A program made the position numbers and the translations under genes. Shown here piece by piece: positions 1-6,900 of a DNA stretch of 32,291 nt. The DNA comes from Candidatus Rokuibacteriota bacterium. GTDB lineage: Bacteria > Methylomirabilota > Methylomirabilia > Rokubacteriales > CSP1-6. Location: assembly GCA_050731715.1 (NCBI GenBank), contig JBOHPM010000002.1, positions 1 to 32,291 of the forward strand, given 5' to 3'. Numbering within the stretch: position 1 is the first letter of the stretch; each line of letters starts with the position of its first letter. The notes under the pieces were generated by a model that was given only the letters and a program-made list of their open reading frames with translations, was not told where the DNA came from and made no database searches.

Positions 1-955
1 TGCGACGAGCCACCTCGAGGCTCGCCTGGAGCTGCCCGACCTCGAAGCCGAGGCGACGCGCTTCCGCCTCGACCATCCGCCGGGCCTGCCAGCGATCGAT
101 CGGGACCGACCGACCGTCCTCGACCCGACCGACCGGCATGTGAACCGGTGGGGTGAGGTAGCCGACAATGGTGAGCCACGCGAGCGCAGCCCACGTCTCG
201 TCGGGGAGCCGGTCCGGAAACTCGTCGTCCCGGAAGAGCGACTCCAGCAGGCTCGTCATACGACGCTTGATCGCCGCGCGACGGGCGACCATCGGCGAGT
301 AGTCGCCCAGCAACTCGCGGGCAACACTCTCGCTCAACTCGAGGCCATTGACCTCGTACCGGAGCTGCGCCGGATCGCCGTCCAGGCTCTGTCGCTTGAC
401 GTTGCCCATCAGGATGATCCGGGCCCGGCCGCGAGTGGCCTGGAAACCTCGCTCGAGCGCCTCGGGCGCGGGCAAGAGCGTGGCGTCCTTGCCCATGAGA
501 CGCTCGATCTGCTGGTCGGTGAGCGACGCCGCGAAGGCGAGCTCGTCCCGGCCAACGTCGTCGGGCTCGATCTCGAACCCGGCGAGGGCTCGCAGAGCGC
601 GCGCCCCCGCTGCCTGGTCCCTGGCGGCGAGCGCCACCTTCAGACCGACCTTCGAATGCTGGAGCCTGTTGGCCGCGCGAGCGAGCTGCTCCTCGCGCGT
701 CTGACGCCATGCCTTCTCCCGCGCCCGGATCACGGACTCCGCTTCGGGCGGCAGGTCCAGCATCGGCGACGATGACCCATGAGTCTCGGCTGGGCTCTCG
801 ATACCCAGCTGCTGAGCGACCCGCAGGAACGCGCGTTTCGTTCGGCGCGTCGGCCGCTCGATCCCCATCTCATGGGCCAGCTGTTTGAGTCGCTGCAACG
901 GGTTGTCTCCCTCCGGGAGCGCCCGCATCAACTGCTCCGCGAGAGCGTTGGTCAT
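1..955 (-). CDS. Hypothetical protein, 3' end cut by window edge (at least 318 aa)
   Basis: Absent from the ORF track because it runs off the left edge. Hand translation of the minus strand from ATG 955..953 is open all the way to base 1 (MTNALAEQLMRALPEGDNPLQRLKQLAHEMGIERP...RRLGFEVGQLQASLEVARR). Third codon positions are GC-rich. AAGGAGG (962..968) lies 6 nt upstream of the ATG. No family motif recognised. Plus-strand ORFs 140..775 and 348..704 are its antisense shadows. Confidence 0.6.
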   Translation of the reverse strand, partial: MTNALAEQLMRALPEGDNPLQRLKQLAHEMGIERPTRRTKRAFLRVAQQLGIESPAETHGSSSPMLDLPPEAESVIRAREKAWRQTREEQLARAANRLQHSKVGLKVALAARDQAAGARALRALAGFEIEPDDVGRDELAFAASLTDQQIERLMGKDATLLPAPEALERGFQATRGRARIILMGNVKRQSLDGDPAQLRYEVNGLELSESVARELLGDYSPMVARRAAIKRRMTSLLESLFRDDEFPDRLPDETWAALAWLTIVGYLTPPVHMPVGRVEDGRSVPIDRWQARRMVEAEARRLGFEVGQLQASLEVARR

Positions 956-1101
956 GATCCCCCTCCTTGCTCGGCCCCTCCGCCCATCGGGCAATCACAA
1001 GCGCGCAATGACGACGAGAGCGGCATGAAGGAATGGAAAGAGGGCAGGGGCCGAGCAGGAGGGGACCCCTGGATCCTCACAGGGTGGGCCCCTCTGCCTT
1101 A

Positions 1102-1123
1102 TCGGCGTTCGTGTGAACGCCGA
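1102..1123. repeat. Perfect 9-bp inverted repeat with 4-nt loop (TCGGCGTTC-GTGT-GAACGCCGA) in an intergenic spacer
   Basis: Read directly from the sequence. It lies between the stop of the transglycosylase gene (1310) and the start of the leftmost gene (955). No U-tract follows on either strand, so it is not a canonical intrinsic terminator. Function unknown. Confidence 0.4.
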
Positions 1124-1309
1124 ACCTATGCGGTTGGAAAAGAGCAAGACGCCTGTGGCGTCACCAGCACAGTACGCGGCCAGGCACCGGCCATCCGGCC
1201 GTTTCTTGGCTCAGTCGGGCCGCCGGCGTGAGCCGCGCACTGCTGGCGCCGTCGCAGCGCGCACTACGCGCGCCCCGCCGACACGCTCAAGAGTTTGTCC
1301 GGCTGCGCG

Positions 1310-1912
1310 TCATCGCCCCGCGGGGCTGCGCGAACCCACCATGTCGAATGCCGCGGGGCGCCGGGAAGCCTTGATCATCGACAGCGTCGCGGCCACGAGG
1401 TGGGCGTAGGAGAGCTTGCGGCGCGAAGTAGCGGAGTGATAGCGCCCGACACCACCCCAGCCGGCCTCCCGGTCCATGCTGTGGCGGAGGATGAGAGCGC
1501 CGACGATCAGGTTCGTCCACGGCTCGAGGAGATCGGCCTTACGCAGGCCGAGCGCACGGCCCCAGTGTCGGTACGAGACTTGGGCGTAGCCGATATCCAC
1601 GTCGTCGCCGACCCGGCCCAGTATTCGCTCGGCCTCCGCGCGCGTCCGAGGGTAGAGGCTGACGCCGTTGATGTTGAGCGCCCAGGGCCACGCGCGACTC
1701 TCGACCCAGACGATCGAACTGAGGAGGTCCGGATGCACTCCGGCGTGGCGTGCGGCGGACGCGATGAGTTCCGGGAGCGCCGCCACCTGTGCTTGGGCCA
1801 ACGTCGGCCGGAGGAGCGCGAGCAACGCAAGTCCGATGAGCACGCCCGCACGAGGCCACCAAGCAGCTCGGATGTCGCGGGTGCGAGGCGATTGGATCCT
1901 TCGTAGCTTCAT
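1310..1912 (-). CDS. Lytic transglycosylase, SLT/lysozyme-like domain (VirB1 / IagB / P19 / TrbN-like T4SS accessory muramidase)
   Basis: Catalytic-Glu block LLSSIVWVESRAWPWALNINGV and downstream DIGYAQVSYRHW are typical of specialised T4SS/T3SS transglycosylases. Preferred start is ATG 1912 (MKLRRIQS...VLIGLALLALLRPTLAQAQ, a signal peptide) with GGGGGTGA about 8 nt upstream. The longest ORF in the track reaches 2017. Confidence 0.85.
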   Translation of the reverse strand: MKLRRIQSPRTRDIRAAWWPRAGVLIGLALLALLRPTLAQAQVAALPELIASAARHAGVHPDLLSSIVWVESRAWPWALNINGVSLYPRTRAEAERILGRVGDDVDIGYAQVSYRHWGRALGLRKADLLEPWTNLIVGALILRHSMDREAGWGGVGRYHSATSRRKLSYAHLVAATLSMIKASRRPAAFDMVGSRSPAGR

Positions 1913-2413
1913 CGACGTGCTCACCCCCAGCGTGCCAGCCAATCGAAGATGTCGTTTACGGACATGGCAGAAGCCTAGCGATGGCAATGGGCGAGTCCCG
2001 TCGCGAAGCCGGATCATCTACTCGAGACGCGTGAGCCCCGGAGCGCGGTGAGATTGGCGGGTCGTGTCACCGGGAGGGTGTCGTGCGCGCGTGGTCTCAG
2101 GTCGATCCTGGGGTGGGCTGCCGAGGAGCGTGCTTGCGCCAACCGCAGTCCAGTGGTGCTCGGCGAAACCGGCGAGCACACGAGAGCAAAACCGGCGACG
2201 CGCCGAAATGGCTCGAAGGGCCGCCAACGAACTCCATGTGCCTCCGGAGGCTCAGGCGCTGTATCGGAGGAGATACAGCTGTGCACGGACCAGCGGCATC
2301 GGAGATTGACGCCAGGTCGATTCACCGATATGCAGGGGGAGAGAGTCGGATAGGCCGCTCCCGCGGGCCTGAAGACGTGAATCCTGAAGACGGGGAGCCA
2401 CCAGGCGGCGACG

Positions 2414-3070
2414 ATGGTGCTGAACATGCCGACCATGCCCATGTGGAGGAGCGTGACCCGGCCTCAGCGCGCGCTCCTCATCGGCGTGGTCGCCTCGGCG
2501 CTGATAGTCATCACGGGCGCGATGCCGGCGAGTCTCAGGATGTCGACGGGACCGAGCCCCCTTCTTTGGGGCGCGTTCGCCCTGAACGCACTACTGTTGC
2601 TCGTCCTCGGCCCGATCGCGCTCGCCACAACGAAGCGGTGGTTCCGGCAGGACCTTCCGGTCGGGGGGCTTCGGCGGCAGCGCGGCGCGGTGCGGCGCCG
2701 GGCCGTGCTCCTTGGCCTGATCGCCTATGTGGCGCACCAGACCCTGGTTGTGTCGCTCGATCCTAGGTTCTCGCTCGAGCGGCTGACCGGCCGTCGTCGG
2801 GTGTTCAGCCCGGTCGTCACAGTTCCGGACCGCCTCGAGTTCGCGTGGGCCTTCACCGCGGTGGCGCTCGGTTACATCGTCTTGGCGTGGCTCCTCTGGC
2901 GTAGCACCAGCATCCGGGACGTCGTGCCGAGCGGCACGCGACCAGCGGGATCGTCGCCGATCATCGACGTTCCGCCTCCGCCACTGGTCGCGACGCAAGC
3001 GGCCGATGCAATCGAGAAGTTGCCGCGCGATCCAGCTACGGGCCGCGTTGTCCGTCAGTTCGATCTCTAA
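2414..3070 (+). CDS. Hypothetical integral membrane protein (about 4 hydrophobic helices)
   Basis: 218-aa ORF with strong GC3 bias. Hydrophobic segments: ALLIGVVASALIVITGA, LLWGAFALNALLLLVLGPIALA, AVLLGLIAYVAHQTLVV, FAWAFTAVALGYIVLAWLLW. Several in-frame ATGs (2414-2441), so the exact start is uncertain. It is the only convincing plus-strand gene in the window. Confidence 0.5.
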   Translation: MVLNMPTMPMWRSVTRPQRALLIGVVASALIVITGAMPASLRMSTGPSPLLWGAFALNALLLLVLGPIALATTKRWFRQDLPVGGLRRQRGAVRRRAVLLGLIAYVAHQTLVVSLDPRFSLERLTGRRRVFSPVVTVPDRLEFAWAFTAVALGYIVLAWLLWRSTSIRDVVPSGTRPAGSSPIIDVPPPPLVATQAADAIEKLPRDPATGRVVRQFDL

Positions 3071-3089
3071 ACCGGATCCCGGGAACTGA
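3055..3089. terminator. Inverted repeat between convergent genes (TCAGTTC ... GAACTGA, with inner CCGG-ATC-CCGG); possible bidirectional terminator
   Basis: 7-bp arms at 3055..3061 and 3083..3089 span the TAA of the plus-strand gene (3068..3070) and sit 6 nt from the glycosylase stop (3095). Only a weak T-run follows (GACTTTC), so this is weak. Confidence 0.25.
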
Positions 3090-3094
3090 GACTT

Positions 3095-3904
3095 TCACGG
3101 TGGGAAGATGGCCTCACGTTCTGACTCTGAGCCGCCTCGGAATTCGTTTTGCCGAGTTGTCTTCCCATGCGGCAGAGAAAGTCCACACGCACTTCTTTGA
3201 CGAGCGCGTCCATTGGCATATTTGCAGTGTCCGGCGAGCGGGCATTGCTGGCACTGTGGGTCCTTGATCGTGCACAGCATCGCGGCTAGGTCCAATAGTG
3301 CCCAGTTGAGCTCGGCCGCGTGCTTACCGCGTATGATGACTCGCGACACGGACTGAAGATGCGGGTCGTCACGGAGGTCTGCCAACCTGCGGGGTCCGAA
3401 CAACCGTTCCAGCACTCGTGCCATGTTCACGTCGAGTAGTGGCTCCGCCTTGCGACCGGAGAAGAGAAGGATGGAGCTCGCGACGTATTGGCCCACCGCG
3501 GGCAAGCTCTCGATCTCCTCCCGTGAGTGGGGGAACTGGCCGTCTCGAGAGGCCATCTCTCGCGCCAGAGCCGCAAGGGATGATGCACGTCGGCGCCAGA
3601 GGCCGATCGGCTTAAGGCAATTTCCGATCTGTTCGATGCTAGCATCGGCGATAGCCTGCCACGATGGAAAGCGAGTCGTGAATTCGTTGAAGAAAGCGCC
3701 GACGGTCTGGGCTCTGGTTCGTTGCAGCAGGATCTCTGCAAGGACGCGCTCGTAAAGACTCGTTCCCTCTTCTCGCCAGGGAAATCTTCGGCCGCTTGAC
3801 TTGAACCACCGTAGTAGAGCGCGACGAATTGCCGCAGCCGTACGCGGTGAGATCCCAACGCGGTGGATCTCGAACGGTCGCGATTTTCGTCCCGGTCGTC
3901 TCAC
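3095..3904 (-). CDS. HhH-GPD superfamily DNA glycosylase with [4Fe-4S] cluster loop (Nth/MutY family, Mig-type T:G mismatch glycosylase signature)
   Basis: Motifs: FPWR, LYERVLAEILLQRT, HhH LPAVGQYVASSILL, catalytic Asp in LLDVNMARVLER, and C-x6-C-x2-C-x5-C (CTIKDPQCQQCPLAGHC). Tyr140 (3485..3487) sits at the position of EndoIII Lys120, where MutY has Ser and Mig.MthI has Tyr. The GTG start at 3904 overlaps the upstream TGA (GTGA). Confidence 0.9.
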   Translation of the reverse strand: MRRPGRKSRPFEIHRVGISPRTAAAIRRALLRWFKSSGRRFPWREEGTSLYERVLAEILLQRTRAQTVGAFFNEFTTRFPSWQAIADASIEQIGNCLKPIGLWRRRASSLAALAREMASRDGQFPHSREEIESLPAVGQYVASSILLFSGRKAEPLLDVNMARVLERLFGPRRLADLRDDPHLQSVSRVIIRGKHAAELNWALLDLAAMLCTIKDPQCQQCPLAGHCKYANGRARQRSACGLSLPHGKTTRQNEFRGGSESEREAIFPP

Positions 3905-6900
3905 GTCCTCGTGAAGATCCGCGCCGCGCCGCCGTGCTGTGTCGCGCGCGGTCGCACGCGGATTTGCCGCGGCACAGCAAATAGTCCCTGCGTTGACGTG
4001 TTTGATTGCGCAAGACAGTGTCCCGGCTTCATGTCTAGTAACCTGTGGCCGCGGAACTCCGGGGCCACGCCTTCTAAATCCTGGACGTTTTCCCTGGTCC
4101 CGAGGTTGAAGACGAACCGGGTGGTCACGAAGCGGCTAATCCCCGACGGGATCGAGCGGACGTCTTGGGTGGCGAAGACGTAGGACGTCCCCTCGTGTCG
4201 CATCTGGCGGATGCGCGACTCCATGCGTTCGCCGAACGCCTCGCTCATGTACTCATGCGCTTCATCGAAAATGACGATCTTATTGAACTGCCCTTGGATG
4301 CGGCTGACGTGATTCGCGCAAACGAGGAAGAACCTGAGGGCGTCATCCTTGTTGAACAGCGGCTGGCGTAGGTCGACGATCACGACGCGGCCGGGCCGCA
4401 GCAACTGCCCGAAGTCCACCCCACGTCCTTCGGAAATGTAGCGGCGAACGAAGTCAAAGCGCAGGCGGGCTGCGGATCGACTCTGCCCGCTAAGCCGGTT
4501 CGCGACCTCGTGGTCAAGTTGATCGAGGGTGACCTCTCCTGCGGCTCGCAGGTCAACCAAGGTATTTCGAATCGTCCGCGCGAACACGGCCTCGCTACCC
4601 GGCTCTCCCATGAGAAGTTCCCAGTCCTCCACGTCGAGAACCCGTGGGTCGAAGAACAACTCATTGGCCTGGATCGCGTTGTACTCTTGGGCCCGCGCAG
4701 GCCGTAGTTCCCCCGGCAAGCAAAGGATGCGGATGTCCGAGACCGCTGCGGCGTGCGCCCGGTACTCCGAGGCGAGGCGTTCAACGTCAAGTGCGTCGTC
4801 GTTAGGGAACGCGAATGAGTTCAGCTCGAAACGGTCAGACGCGTTCCGACGGTAGTTGAAGATGACCACGGCGAGGGGGGCCGGCAGCGAATTCACCCCG
4901 GGAATAGGGAGCACAGCAGACTCGACTATCGTTCCAAGCAAGTAACTCTTGCCTGAGCCCATGTAGCCAAAAATCCCGAGCGTCTTCGGATGGTCCAGGT
5001 CAAGTGCGACTAGTTCGTTGCCCCCGGAAAGCCGACCAACGGCAGTCCATCTTGTACTTAGCGAGGACCAGCCGATGACGAAACGCGGCGTCTCAGTCTC
5101 TTGCGGCGACGTTGACGCCTCAACTGTTGTCGGTGCGACCCCTTTCACACCGGCGGACTCCAATGTCTCCGAAGCAGGCGCCGTTGCAGGCGGGGGACTA
5201 CTAATGGGTGGTCCGGGGGGCTCATGGGGGACGGGGCGATGTGTTCCCCGTGCCTCCACCGCGGCGGCAGCTTCCACAGTCGCGGGGCCGGCCGAAATCG
5301 ACTCACCACGAGAGGCCAACGCTGCCTCACCGCTCGCGTCGAGGCCAAGCAGCGATGCGAGTTCATCTCGATTTGGCGGAACGCTTGTGGACCCGGCGGC
5401 ACACTTAGCGAAGCACGCTCGGATCACCTCATCCAGTTCGCCTCGGGTCTCGTTGTCCGCTTTCTGCATCGCCGTCGCATGCCACCAGAGGCCCGGTACC
5501 GCACACGGATCAATGTAGATTTCCCGAGTCTGGAGTGAGCCCACGACATGAGGAGGGTGCGGGTCGATCACGCATGGCCTCGCGGCGGTGTTGATGCAGC
5601 CAGGCGCAAACCAGAGGACGATCGGATCACCGACACCGATATGGAATGGAGCGGCAAGGATCTCCGACAGGATGGTGGACCGCCATAATGCGGCCGGTGG
5701 GTTCGGCGAAAAGCTCATAGCCAGGTCAACCAGCGTCGCAAGCCCTAGCCGCCTCAGGTAGCGCAATGCCGCCTCGCCAGGATCCGTGCCGGTGACGCTC
5801 GCGATGAAGTCCTTCAGCCAAGTGACCGTGTCGGCCAGCTGCTCACGGGCGTGCCTCAGCTCCGGGTTGGACGCGCCCGGGATTTTCTCCGGCGTCGCCG
5901 GCATCCCATGATGTTTGACCTCGGTCGGGACGAGGCACAGACTGAGCGCTCCGTCATCGCCCCGCGAAACGGCAAGGGCGAGCATGTCCGCCCGCAGCTC
6001 AAGGGCCCTACCGGCTAGCCCTTGGAGAATCGGCTCGACAGGGTCCAACGGGAGGACACCGTATACGAGGGGGCGTCGTTCCGCAGGCAACGCGCCGAAA
6101 GGCCCGACACCCTTGTTGGTCGATAGCACCTGAGTGGCGTAGAAAAAACCGGCGGCGGCGCTCTCCTGCGTGCCGCTCTCGGCATTCAGAGCGGCAAGAC
6201 CGATCCCCCGCTGACCGAGAACAGCGAGTAACTCCTCAGCGTTAGCCTGGGAAATGGCTTGGCGAGCGTGCAGCGCTGTCGTCAGCGACGCAGGCACACG
6301 CGCAATAACGTAGTATGGCCGCCGAGCCAAATCCGCGGCCCTTTTTTCGGTCACCATCCACGACGGTCGCCATTCCCACAGTAGACGTCGACCAGATGTG
6401 GCGGGCACGCCCGCGACGAGCGTGGCGAGTAGGGACGGGTCGACATTGAACGTCCCAAGCACTTCCCACTCCGCGCCGCGACCGATGCCGAGGGCGTGCA
6501 GCTGGGGGTTCGCTCGCAGGCAAAGCTTGTCTTCGCTGGCGGGTGCTTCAAGTAAGCGTAGCAGCGACGCCAGGCCAAGGATGTCCTCCCTGTCTCTCGG
6601 CAGGAAGTTTTGATCGAGCTGCGTTCCGGACAGGTCGGCAGGCAGGAATCGACGGAGCGGCAAAATACCAAGAACGCCATACGCCGCGCCAATCGTCACG
6701 GCCAAGTGAACAGTTGCGTTTTCCACGAGGGCGATGTCGGCATTACCGGGCGGCGCGGCAGGAGTATACACTCGCCACTCAAACGACCGATCCCGCTCCT
6801 GGTACCGCCGTCTCGCGAAGAGGGTGTCGCGCGTCGGCGGGTCGCCGCGGCGATCGAGCGAATCCCATACCCTCGCGCCGCCCCCTAGCGAAGACATTCC

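Noticed and set aside
1913-2413. Small ORFs in the spacer (2014..2442 -, 2018..2227 -, 2048..2353 +, 2064..2309 +)
   Set aside because: They mutually overlap, have no motifs and have Arg/Ser/Pro-rich products. I could not support any of them. The region is more likely a divergent promoter region for the transglycosylase and the membrane protein.
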